Below are positions 40,773-54,500 of a DNA stretch of 64,000 nucleotides, piece after piece. The first letter of the stretch is position 1, and the number at the start of each line of letters is the position of its first letter. The DNA is from Fimbriosthenelais zetlandica (lineage: Eukaryota). The notes beneath the pieces are model-generated. The model made no database searches and was not told where the DNA came from. It saw nothing but the letters and a program-made list of their open reading frames with translations. The stretch is taken from assembly GCA_977030845.1 (NCBI GenBank), contig OZ365112.1, forward strand, positions 24,366,001-24,430,000. Reading direction: 5' to 3'. The position numbers were made by a program, and so were the translations under genes.

Positions 40773-42595
40773 AGTTCTTTGAGCGATGGTGGCTTACACT
40801 GGTAGGCAAAAGGCTCTTGGCTGAACACGAACCAATGTCTCTTTTTTTGTAATCTCTCCCAAGTTCGTCTATTTGTTATCTCACTTCTCGATTGATACCA
40901 TTGACCTCGCTTGATAAAGAGCCCACATGGGAAGCACGAGGTCGGGAAGGACCAGTATGCGTGGAAGCTGGGTCAGTTCGAAAATTATACGAAGTGAAAA
41001 CGCTTGGTGAATAACACTACACATACAAGAAATTGAATACAGCACTCTCAAGGATATTTCTGCAGTATTTTACAGAAAAAAATACCCCAGTCAAATGCGC
41101 AGATTTACTGGTTACCATGATTAGACCAGTTTGAAGGACTTGTTCCTCTCAAGGAAGCAGCGATGGACTTTTTCGACTATTTCGACCAACTAAATTTGTG
41201 CACATAATTATAGGTGTTGTTTTGCACGAGACTAGAGGGGGATTTGTGCTCAGCCTTGAATAGATTTCTGTTACTATACTTGCAACATTTTTGACAGGGT
41301 AGGATGTTTTGGGTGAATTTAAATATATAAAGATTTAAAAAAACTGGAACTCAACATATTAGAATATCACCTTTTGGTTGATATGGTAACGGAAGATGTA
41401 GGATTACATGATATTCAATGACATCTATTACATTGTGCATAGTGAATGAGCAAAGGCTTAAATTACTTTCAAGGATCATTAAACATCAACAAGAAAACAA
41501 AATGTTTAAACTGGAGAGACTCTTGATTGCGCGTTTCTAGCAGGTCATTTTTCTCATGGCTGATGAAAAAATATACAATGAAAGAGTGAAGGATTGTAGA
41601 ATGAAAAAAATAATGATAGCAAGGCTGATGAAGGAACAATGCCATATGATTACATGTCAAATGATAACATGCTTATGACTAATGGCATAAGGGACGTATG
41701 ATCAAAATGAAATCAAAATGAGATTTGCAATAGTCATCTTATTTTCCTCCCTTACAACATGATCATCCGACAGATTATAAAACCAAAATAAAAATCAGAA
41801 ATGTGACATTCATAATATTATGACATCTTTATGCTGACAAAATTTGACGCACATTATGTATTGCAATATTCTCCCATCAATAATAATTGATAATGGTTCA
41901 CTTCCTTGGGTTAGCCACCTGCTATGGAACAGAACTAAATATTTATTCCCCCCATTGCTGTTCTGCAGCTAGCTTTTATTTTCTTTTCTAAGACAGACTT
42001 TGCTTTTAGCAACATCTATTTCTTGAACACCTTCAGTCTTCCTTGGTCCATTGTTCATTTTTTTTTACATACAAAAAGACCAATAATCAGGTAATGGATG
42101 TCTCAGTATTTGGTAAGGTCAGAAATCTTGAGAGGGATCCCATTGAATGGTGCATCCCTTGAGTTATCTGTTTTCCCTTATTTGGTGATTTTATATGACA
42201 TCACAGGAATAGGCCTTTGTACATTCACCTTGGCCGATAATATCCATGTAACATCATGTCAATATATACATCTTATTTAGTGATTGGCCCGCACTGAGGT
42301 TACACAAGTCACGTGACTCGGGGGGAGTCTCCTGATAGGCTGATTCCCAGCAGCGGGTAACAAGGGCAGAATTATCCTCATCACTCTCACTGCTGGAAAA
42401 AGGATATCATTATCACATTGGCGAAAGGCCAGATCACAGCTCCAAATAAAGAGTATATAGTCCAGTCCTGGAATTATACACAAACCCCTCACCACCAACT
42501 CTGTCCATCTCTCTGCTTAACTCGCATGGTGTCTGGGGTGTAGGTGTAGAATATGAGGTCAAGAGGTCGTGACGTCACATGATCACGTCACGTGG

Positions 42596-45500
42596 TCAGA
42601 TAGACCCGGCTGGGATCCACAGAGTTTTCTTCTGTTGCTTGTCTATTGCTCCCTTTATGTTCACACTCATGTAGGCAAGGTTACCACCAGGGATGACTTC
42701 TGCATGAGACAAAACAAGTAAAATATATTAAATATTATTTATTAAGTTACATCACTTATTGAAAGGAAGCGAAGAAAATATCATATTAAGAATATGTCCT
42801 GCTCATTTTTTTTATCATCCAAAGGGATTATAATGCTCTTAACAACTCTTTTCCATTTCAAAATTCATCCAGCAATTATTAATATTTAATCTATAAGAAG
42901 CCATGAAGTCTCACCTGAAAAATGATGTTTATATTTGGACTCGTACTCTGCAAACTGTTCATGCAGCTCTTTAGCCACTTTGTTGGTGAGTTTTTCCGGC
43001 AGGAAGCGAGTGTCTTTCACTTCTCGGATCTGTTTGGGTGACTTGTGTTTGATATACAGTACTATAGGGTAGATCTGTACTTTATGCAGAACCTCTATAG
43101 CTTCTGGAGTACAGTTGAGCATTGCATGGCGGTTCTACAAGATATAAACCCAACAACAGGATGAAACAGCTGCAAAAAATATCGAGTTTTAAATAGAAAC
43201 AACAATATGAACAGTTGATGATGCTGCCTTCTTATGAATGGGTCAAGAAGTAAGCTTATATCGATGCCAACACTAGAATGATCTATCCTAGATAATCTAA
43301 TTTAGATCATTTATTTACGGTCCATATAAAATTCAAGGGGAGGATCCACAGTGGAATCAAATGATTGTGTTGGATATGTGCCAACCTTAACATCTCAGTG
43401 GATCAGGAAACGTATACCATACTTGCAAAAGTGAGCACCTTTTTATTATAAGTCTGACAGAGCACACAACCCCAAAATCAGTACAAGACAAATACCTAAT
43501 GAAAGTAAACACAAATATTTCAATATATTATTGTTTAGCATTGTATAATAAAAGTATCAGTGTGTATATTCTCTAAGACATATACATTGTATGTATATAT
43601 GAGACTTTATTGGAATTCTCGGCCGACATATGAAGCAATACGGTAAAAGAAGGAGAGAACCTTGGGGGCAGATCCCACTAGACTGTGGCCTAGAACCCGA
43701 CCCAGCTGTCAATACAGAACGAGGAAAAATATCCGCCACTGACTGAGAGAGGAGCATAAAACACCAACAAGCAAATCCCACCTTCCTCCTCTAACTTCTA
43801 ACTGGGACAAGATCCGTTAGAAGTTTTCAGCAGATCCTACAGACCTACTTTATAGCCGAGTGGGACTCTTTTTTTTATGGGACTGAACAAGAAAGCTACC
43901 TGAAACTGGATGATACGGCCAGAAGAGTAAATCTGTATTTAGTTTAAGTTTAAGAGGGCTTAAAATAGTTAATTTACAATATGTCTAATGAAGAATATTG
44001 ACCGAGGGAATCTATAGGCTTTTATAATGAATGAGAATCAATCATAGATGTGTTTAAACACAGGAAATTTAATTTTAAAAATCCATTAAAACAATTGGGG
44101 AGGAAATTATGCCACAGCTTGGGTGCGGCAGTTTGTGCAGACTTTATATTTTAAGTCCTCCATTGCTCATACATGTAGCCTACATGTAGTGTGATAGAAG
44201 TTGAACTGTATCAATTGGCCTTGGCCAGGGATCCAACATGCAGCCAGCCAGCCCGTCAGCCAGGGGAGGCGTGGGAAAGTATTTTAACCCATTACCTCAG
44301 CACCAGTTACCATGGCAACCCCATGAACTTCTCTTGTATAGACTAGGATGCTGGTTTGAAGTATGTTCCCATGATTATCATCCTGCACTATGTTGAGAGT
44401 GCAAACATGGGCACACCAATCCATCAAGACCGGTATCTGATAGTCATACATACAGGCTTTGTAAACTGGCGGTATCCAGTATTGAGACAAGCATCGTCTG
44501 AATATCTGTTGAACAGTTATTTGTGTAAGCAATTGTTCAGCTAGCTCAAGATCTCAAGAGGAGAAATAATTATCAAGAACAGATCTTTATGAATTCTCAC
44601 TTACCCCCATTTCCAATCCCTGTTTGTTTCTAATGTGAAATATATAAATTACTAGGAATAACACCTAAAATCGCGGTAAAATAATTTCTCGTAATTAGAA
44701 TTTTAATCCCTAAATTCCATCTTGCCGCAGACACCTTGAACAAAGGAAAATTGGAAAATAATATGCGGGAAATATTCAAAACCCATATTTTAGTTGAATC
44801 ATTCGGCATGATAACCTTCAAACCTATGTCAATAGACCTCCAGCCCATGTCTGGGCAGTAAGCCATAACAGGCGGCAGTATGGTTCCAGGTAATAAACAC
44901 AGGTGATCACCCAAGTGTAAACTGTATATAATTATACGGCAAAGGTAACCCTTGACAGGTAACTAAAACACCCTCTCTAAACGACGATCTACTGACAAGT
45001 GGCTTAGTTCTATATTTATCTAATCTAAGCTAATATTATATCAACTTGTATCTGTTGATAGCAACGACAAGGTAACCAAATTTCAGCTATTGATAATTTC
45101 ATAATTGCGAATAATAATTGGGTGATTGTATTAAGTTGATTTCACTTATTCATCTTCGGGATCAAAAGCCAAATATGCCCCCTCCCCCCAGAAACAAATT
45201 ATTCAAATGTCTACCCTAACTTAATTTCCTCCACATTAAGCTGAAATAACATGGTTATAGGTGGGCAGGTAGCAAGATATGATTTTCATAAACTACATGA
45301 GAGTCACCTTGATAATGTACTCTTGATAATAGTCCAGGAAAGTAGACACGCTCTGAATAGAGTTACCATGACACAGACCTGGCCCATACAGGCGCCATAT
45401 CATATCACATTTTATCATCAAGAGAAAGGAAATTAAGTATACCGAGATGATGCAGTAGAAATGTCACATTTTAATTTATGTGTCAATAGGGGTTATAACA

Positions 45501-48500
45501 TTAAATTATATGGACTAATAGAAAGAATTTATGGTAGTATAATATAGGACAGAGGGAGGCAATTGTACTGAGGGTGGTCGTGTCACTCAATCATGTTATC
45601 TCAGAAAGTCATTTCCTCACACAACTTCATTCTCTTTACTCATATATAAACATATTCCTTCATTCATTCACCTACTAAATCTTACACTCAATCACTCATC
45701 TCCAAGTCTCATTGAATTATGCCTTAGTTACTCACACAATTTGACACTCATTCACTTACAAGTATCATCAAATTAATCCCTTAATTACTCTGAAACTCAA
45801 TCTTTCATTCACTCACCCCTCTCCAAGTATTACTGAATCAGTCAATCACTCGATCTTTCACTCACTCACCTGATGATAATAACATTCTAATCTCATTATC
45901 TCACCCATTCTCTACTCACACACAACTCACTCTTTAACTCATTCATAAACTGGGTCACTCACCCCTTCCCCATTAACTCACTCACCTACCCGATTCTCAT
46001 CATTCCAACCACAGTAATTCATGTAGGACTCATTCATTCATTCATTCATTCATTCATTCGTTCTTTCGTTCATTCCCTGTCTCAGGTCTTTTATGCGCAC
46101 ATTAACAAACTAGGATACACCAACTCGAACCAGTCACCTGATACATCATACACATCATACTAACCTCAATCATTTCTTACTCACCCAATCATTATTTCAC
46201 ACAATTGCAGTCAACATCTCATTCACTCAATCACTCACATATGCAGGTCACTACTCTTTCCTTTCATGGCTCACTCTCACTCAGACACGGAAATTACACT
46301 CACGCAAACACAAAAATCACTCTCACTCAACCACTCAATCATTCACTGAAGCGCACAAATCACTCCTTGACTCAACCATACAAATCACTCAATCACCTGA
46401 CCACAATAATCACCATCATGACTCACTCATTCCCTCTGGTACAAAATCAATCATCGACTGGGTCACACAAATCACTCACTGGCTCAGAACCCTCAATGAT
46501 ATAAATCACTCACTCGCTTTACCAAACAACTCTCAATCATATAAATAAATCACTCGCTCTACCACAAAATCAGGCAATCATTCACCAATTCATTAACTTC
46601 CATTGACATTCTACAATTCTCTCGCTTTCATTGACATTCAAACATTCACTCACTTTCATTGACATTCAAACATTCTCTCGCTTTCATTGACATTCACTCG
46701 CTTTCAGTGGCATTCAAACATTCACTAACATTCATTGACATTTTGGCATAACACATTCGCTTACTTTCACCTATTCACTCACTCATAATTATTCACGTTC
46801 ATCTACATTCATTCAGTCATTCGCTGACCCATTCACTCGTTCATTCAACCACTCACTAACTCATTCAGTCATTCACTGACCCATTCACTCTTTCATTCAA
46901 CCACTCACTGACTCATTCAATCATTCGCTGACCCATTCACTCTTTCATTCAACCACTCACTGACTCATTCAATCATTCGCTGACCCATTCACTCTTTCAT
47001 TCAACCACTCACTGACTCATTCAATCATTCGCTGACCCATTCACTCTTTCATTCAACCACTCACTGACTCATTCAATCATTCGCTGACCCATTCACTCTT
47101 TCATTCAACCACTCACTGACTCATTCAATCATTCGCTGACCCATTCACTCTTTCATTCAACCACTCACTGACTCATTCAATCATTCGCTGACCCATTCAC
47201 TCTTTCATTCAACCACTCACTGACTCATTCAATCATTCGCTGACCCATTCACTCTTTCATTCAACCACTCACTGAATCATACAGTCATTCACTGACCCAT
47301 TCACTCTTTCATTCAGCCACTCACTGAATCATTCAGTCATTCACTCTTACATTCAGCCACTCACTGAATCATTCAGTCATTCACTCTTACATTCAGCCAC
47401 TCACTGACTCATTCAGTCATTCACTCTTTCATTCAGCCACTCACTGACTCATTCAGTCATTCACTCTTTCATTCAGCCACTCACTGAATCATTCAGTCAT
47501 TCACTCTTACATTCAGCCACTCACTGACTCATTCAGTCATTCACTCTTTCATTCAGCCACTCACTGAATCATTCAGTCATTCACTCTTACATTCAGCCAC
47601 TCACTGACTCATTCAGTCATTCACTCTTTCATTCAGCCACTCACTGACTCATTCAGTCATTCACTCTTTCATTCAGCCACTCACTGAATCATTCAGTCAT
47701 TCACCGGCTCATTCACTCCTTCATTCAGCCACTCACTGACTCATTCAGTCATTCTCTGACTCATTCAGACATTAAGTCTTTCAATCATTTATTCACTCAC
47801 ATTCATTCATTCATTCAGCCATACATTCAACTAATCGGTTACTTACAAGTTCACCAAATCATTCAGCCACACTCTGACTTACATTCGCCCAGTCACTCAC
47901 CTCATTCTTTCAGCCTATCACTCAACATCAGCCACTCACCGACTCATTCAACCATTTACTGACTCATTCACACACCACGCTCATTCACTTACTCATTCAG
48001 GTTACTCCACTGATCCATATATGAAGCACAAACTCACTATATCACTTAACTCACTCATTTACTTTTCCCTGTCAATTATTTCTTCCGAGATGCATTCATT
48101 CATTCATTCATTCATTCATTCATTCATTCATTCATTCACACAATGCATTCTTTGACTCACTGATACACTCGCCCAATTACTCATTCACCAACTCAGTTCA
48201 TTCCTTTCAACCCTCTTTGAAGAACATATTTAATGTATCATTCCTTTCTCTTCCTTACATACGACAAGCCTTCACTCTATCAACCACCAACGAAACTTTA
48301 GACTTATTCAAAAATTTCTTTCATTCTGACACAATCATATCATTCATTCTTTCCTTTGTCTCCACATTTCCATGAACTAAAGGGCAATTCATTCCATGAA
48401 GATTCCCAATGACCAAGCTACCGTCGGAATATTCCAAGTCAACAAACTTAAACAAATCAATATACGGATTTTCCCCCAAGGGATCAAAAGGCATTGTAAA

Positions 48501-51500
48501 TAATTCACACTGATTTATCTCCAATGATTTTGTATATTTCCAAGGAGCATGCAGCTCATATGGAAAATATTCATCTCAAATGGAAGAGTTACCAGAGCAG
48601 AGCGATTAGTTTTGGGGATAAAAAAGGACCCGCATATTGTGACCGCAGAGAAGGAGGAAATATACCATGACATCCAAGTGTGTCACAACATGGGTGGATA
48701 GAAAGTTTCCGCGTCTTGATAATTGGGCTGGGAAGGGACTGGAAAAATACCTTAAGGGCGGGGGACAAGAACATGGAATAAAGTGAATCGCAGTGGAAAT
48801 TTTTGCTTCGCCATGGACGGGTCCACTTTAGCTTTGATCTAAGGTTGGTTGCTGGGAGAGTGGATAACAAATAGAGGTATAATATAGAGATAAGACAAGG
48901 GGGGAGGTGGCGTCCCTTCAACCTGAGATTATGAGATCTCTCATACATGGACTACTATCAGTATGGGCATTACAACCTTAGCTCATATATACACCCACCA
49001 AATGAGCCATGGATTAAGATAGCGGAAACTGATAGCTGAAACACGATAGTGGATGGGAAGTCCAAACCATCACTGATAGGTTTATACAACACGTGAAGTG
49101 TCCTATCAGTATCACTGTATCTGGTACACATTCTATCTGTCTCCAGTATAGGGCTTGTACTTGGGTATAGAGATGTGTACACCATATTACATGACCAGGT
49201 TGGCACAGATTGGGTGAATACAAGGGCGTGTCCTGGCATTCATATTTAAAAGGCTCACAATGCAAATCAGACACTAACAAATCTAAGTCCTTTCCCCTTC
49301 ATTAACGCAAGCGCGCGTTTTCATTTAGATGCTCATCCTATTCCGCCAATTCAAAGTTCCCTAGATTTAATGAGCTACATAAAAGGCCCGTCAAACAGAC
49401 TGAGTCGAGGACAGCAATTGAAGGCAGCATCATCTTAAAAATCCTTACCCAACATAGAAAGAAATAAGTAAAAGCTAGAAATTAAATAATGGAATGGTGT
49501 GACATATAGCCGATACATTTTGAATAACATTGTGAATTCTGTGGAATACCTAGATATACCTTGAAGGCCGTGGAAAATCCAATTAACTATTACCAAAATT
49601 CAATAATTCTAATTACCAAAACATTTGAAGGTTTTAGAATCCAACGTTTTAGGTTATACAGGTTTATTGCTAGGCTCTCATAGTTTTCAAGAATTCTGAT
49701 TTGTCAAGGTTTTGATTAGCGACATAATGTTTCACAAGTTCCAAAACTGATTCTTAAAGATTCTCAGATATACTGCATAAAGTAATCGGCTATGAGTAAT
49801 ACCATTCTGAAGGACCCTGGGCTTCTTCACAGATCAACTGCCAGAGATTTCCACATCCTAGAATCTGGTAGCTTACCATTGTTTGCTCATAAATCAGTAA
49901 TGAAGTTTATATCAAGTTTTTTCCTAATCATTAACTTGATATGAAACATTCTTTAACTAAATTATGGAACAAATTTAGGTGAGTCGCATTTTCAAACAGA
50001 AAAATGAAATCTTTTAATGATTTTCTTTGGGCAATGACCTGTGTAGAAGGCTGGGTGAGTGTAAGGTAGATAAGCTTACCTTGTCTATGATGTCTTTTAC
50101 TGTATCGACGCGCACACACTCGTAGTGACTGTCACGTCGCTGATAATCGACAAAGACACCTTTGTCTCTACCCGTCTCTAGAGACGACTGGGTGGCCTTG
50201 ACAATTTCTAAAATGAATCAATAAGAACATTTAGAATTGGATTTAATCAATGCTATATTACATAATTATAGCCATTAGATTTTAATGTAATATCTTTGAA
50301 CGGAATAATAGAAGTATTCTTCATATTAAGAAACGGATTTTGCACACGATATGTTCAAGGATGATCTTGAAAATGTTACTTTTACATTCGTTCAATATCT
50401 TTACAAAATAGGGAAAACAGTGATTGAAAAATTAGTAAAGTTGGAGAAAAAAGAAATAAGAAATAGTGTGAAGACTCACCAGGCTGACAGCGGCAGTACT
50501 TGTCTGGTGACTCGGACGTGAGTTTCTCAATGAGCGGCTCGGACAGAGGACCGAGAATGAGGACAGGTCTGAGGACCATACCTGGAATTAGAGGATCTCC
50601 GACTATCAATCACTGGCTCACAAATGCATCTGTTCAGCATTTGTGTCTAACATTAAAACTACACAAGCACTATACTTTAATTGATGAAATATCTCAAAAG
50701 ATTAAACTACTTGTAAAGTACATGGATATAGTATACTTTGCATGGCCATCCGTTACTGATATAGCTATATCCATGTCATCGGGCATTTTACTGAGAGATT
50801 AGAGCTAGTTAAGAATGAGAATGAGTTCTGATAGAGCTAGGTATGTTATTATAATCTAATAATCAAGGTGGATGAGACAAGTGCTGCAGGGATTTATGGA
50901 GTGTGGAGCTTTGGGTCTACACACAGCATGTATATTCCTGAAACATCTGTCAAATCCGTCAATATGTATACATAGAATGCAAAATAAATACATACAAAAC
51001 AAATGTCAATCACAATCAGAGATATTGTTAGTATCTCAGACTCTTTCCAACGTTCACTTCACACAAAACTATCATCCAGTTCAGATGCATACCATACACA
51101 CAGAGTAATGCAGACATGCTTCCTTTCACCAGGGACATCCAGTGGTAGTTCTAAGAACTAACCATCTCACTCAAGCATACAAGGGGTCGGGCAGGAGTTG
51201 AACAGAGACTCCAACACTGGCTTTGGTATTAGTTTACTCAGCCTCTGAAATAAAATCTCAGCATTCATACAAACACAAATCATCAAATCACACAAAGTTG
51301 GGTCAACTTTCGCATCATTTTCCTTCAACAGTAGCTTTTTGATTGTCAATAGTCACTGGCACATGGCATTAAAATGTCACTAGAACACCAAGTTGATGCG
51401 TTTTCCCAGGCAATGTTCGCACAAATGTTCTCCTCGTAAACCTTTACACCTTCAGTTCCAATACCCGTCAGAATATTAACACATTTTTGCATTAAAGTCA

Positions 51501-54500
51501 AATTTAAATGCATCTATTCCTTGGTGATCGGTGGGGATTCAGTTCAAGGTGAAACAAGGACATACATACTCAGGGCAGGTAGATTGAATTTGCACCTGAA
51601 TATGCACCTGTATAATCTGTCCATTCATAGTCTTAATTCAATCGATAAATCTCCATTTCAGTCAGAAGATCAATCCTTGCAGAGTGTCCTTGCAATGAAG
51701 ACATTGCGAGTTGGCTTTATGTACATTCATATACCCAAATATACCAAAAGAATACAAGTAAAACATTTTTACAAAACCATGGAAACATAAAACAATTTCT
51801 GACATATTCAAAAAAAACCGACATATTGAATGAATTCATACTCAGAGGATCATCGACAGAAGATGAAAAACAGGCAAATGAACACTTGCAAGCAGTTCAG
51901 TTGAGTTCACATTTTTGTAGAAGTTGGGTTGCACTTTATCATGCTTCCTATCGGAAAGTCAAAATGCAGGTCGTAAAGACCTGCAATAAGTTCAGTTCAG
52001 TTCCTGGTGAATTCATTTTTTCCTCTCAAAAATTCAAATTGTGGCAGTTCTTTCTTCAGCATTGGCATTTCAAAGTCTGTCATGCCAAAGTCACTTGTAA
52101 TGCTGATTGTATATGGCAAGTTCTTCCAACGGTGATTGTGATTTGGCACAAACATACTTACCTGTATTGCAAAGTTCGTAGAGTTCTAGAAATTGTCCAC
52201 TTCATCTCAATAGTTCAATAGTTCAAATGCTTCACATTAATTGTGAGCTGCTTAGAAATGCTCCAATGAACGCTGACTTGCCTAGAGATGTTCCGCAAAA
52301 TGTTCAGATGCACAGAATTGTTCCGTTAAAGTTCAGAGGCTCAAAAGTGATCCATTCATAAATGGTAACACAAATGGCCCGGAAATGTTCAAAATAGGAG
52401 ATCTTAAAAGTTCAATGCTGAGTCAGGCTGGCATCCTTTCAGTGAAGCAGGCATGATTAGGTTTGAAGAAAATGCCAATTCAAATGTCAATGTCAAATAA
52501 AGTTGGCTGAATGGCAGTGATCACAACTGTGGGTGGAACTGTTTCTTGTCCATAAGGCACGGTGTTCTTTGTCCATGTAACACATGATATACTTACCTGT
52601 CATCTCACTAAAGTTCACAGTATGCCTTTATGTTCATGTTCATGTTCAGAGTCAAACAGTTCACAATTTGCCCTGGAGTTCACTATTCATTTGGTCATAC
52701 TGATCTTTGGTTCCATTTCATACTGTTAATGTTTATGGCTTTTCGAGGCACACTTTCCTTGTCCATGTAACACATGATATACTTACCTGTTTCATGAGAG
52801 AACTCAAGTCACTAAAGTTCACAGTATGGCTTTCATGTTCATGTTCAGAGCTAAACAGTTCACAATTTGCCCTGGAGTTCATTTGGTCATACTGATCTTT
52901 GGATCCATGTCACATTATTAATGTTTATGGCTTTTCGAGGCACGGTGTTCTTTGTCCATGTAACACATGATATACTTACCTGTTTCCTGAGAGGACATCT
53001 TAAGTCACTAAAGTTCACAGTATGCTTTTATGTTCATGTTCAGAGCCAAACAGTTCACAATTTGCCCTGGAGTTCATTTGGTCATACTGATCTTTGGTTC
53101 CAGTTCATACTGTTTATTTTTATGTGTCTTTGGAGGAGGCACACTTTCCTTGTCCATGTAACACATGATATACACTGAAGTTCACAGTATGCCTTTATGT
53201 TCATGTTCATATTCAGAGCCAAACAGTTCACAATTTGCCCTGGAGTTCACTATTCATTGGTCATACTGAGCTTTGGTTCCAGTTCATAATGTCAAATGTT
53301 TATGTGCCTTTCGTTCCACCCTTTGATAACAGTGTTCTTAGATGTGTGTGATCACTGAGTCCAATATGATAGATGGTCTCTGGGATGAAAAGTTCTCCAC
53401 AAAATACTTACGCAGAAATTTCACATTAACAGGATTTCCCAACAACCTTTGGTTACATAACCAATTGATTTTACCACAGGATGTCAAACACAACCAATTC
53501 AATAATAAATTAAATAAAAAATTCCCATAGCAATAACTCATTTGTAAAAATACAATTGAAACAATTCAGAGAATGAACATCTCTCTGGCATAAAAGAAAA
53601 ACCTGTACCAAGCAAGATAAACCTGTATGCTTCTCTTATTGCATTGCTAGCACATCCATGAGTCTCAGACCTTCGGAGACTTTTAGGTAAAATGTTATGT
53701 TTTGTTCAGTCATGTACAAGTTCAGTTTGTCCGACAATCACTGCCCAAAGTGTGGCAAAGTACAAACTAACTGAAAGAGAAAGTGTTCAGTTCAAGTCAT
53801 TTGAATTCCATTTGGCCACGTTCTCCTTAAGATGTAATTCAAATTGTCACATTTCATTACATGGGCAAAAGGAAGTTGAGTTTGTCAAGATGACTGATCA
53901 GATACATCTCCTATCAGTTAAAGGCAGATGTAAAATGTTATTGTTCAGTCACATTCCTCAGTCTATCCGGCACATATTCAGCTGAACCAACCATAACTGT
54001 CACTGTTCACAAGTTGTGGTAATAAAGTACTATTGGTTGGTCAGTCTGAGATGTCCTAATGAGAAGATTGGAGTCATCTGTGATTTATCCAACGAAGAAC
54101 ACCCTGATCATTAATATTGTTTAAAAGTTTCAATCAATGATCATTATTATGATGATTTCTCTCAATCAGAAATTTCCAAGATGAGCTTCAGAAAGTTTCT
54201 CAGTCTAAATGAGTGAAAGTTTCATCTTGTGGGGGGGGGGGGGGGGGGGGGGGGATTTCCTTTTGATCACATGTCCACCTCTCATGCTATGTTGCTGAAG
54301 ATCCTATGGATTTCTCACACATAATAAGAGAGTCAAATGTCAATCCATTCAAACAGTTCCATGCATTTTCATATGGATGAATTAATGTTTATAAGTTCAT
54401 GTTCATTGTTCTTTAACACATCAATGTGTCAAGTCACTGGATTCATTGCGAATCCCACATCCAGTACTGGCTAGCATTTATAATCAGATTTCCCTTAATG

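Noticed and set aside
40676-41096. MITE bounded by TGAC(C/T)GGGG inverted repeats
   Set aside because: The inverted match is only about 10 bp with mismatches and there is no target-site duplication. It cannot be supported without other genomic copies.
50583-50630. Longer DLG5 exon using the upstream acceptor at 50631
   Set aside because: It introduces an in-frame TGA. The CCAG|GTATGG acceptor at 50582 restores the conserved D-C-x-x-L-R-P sequence.
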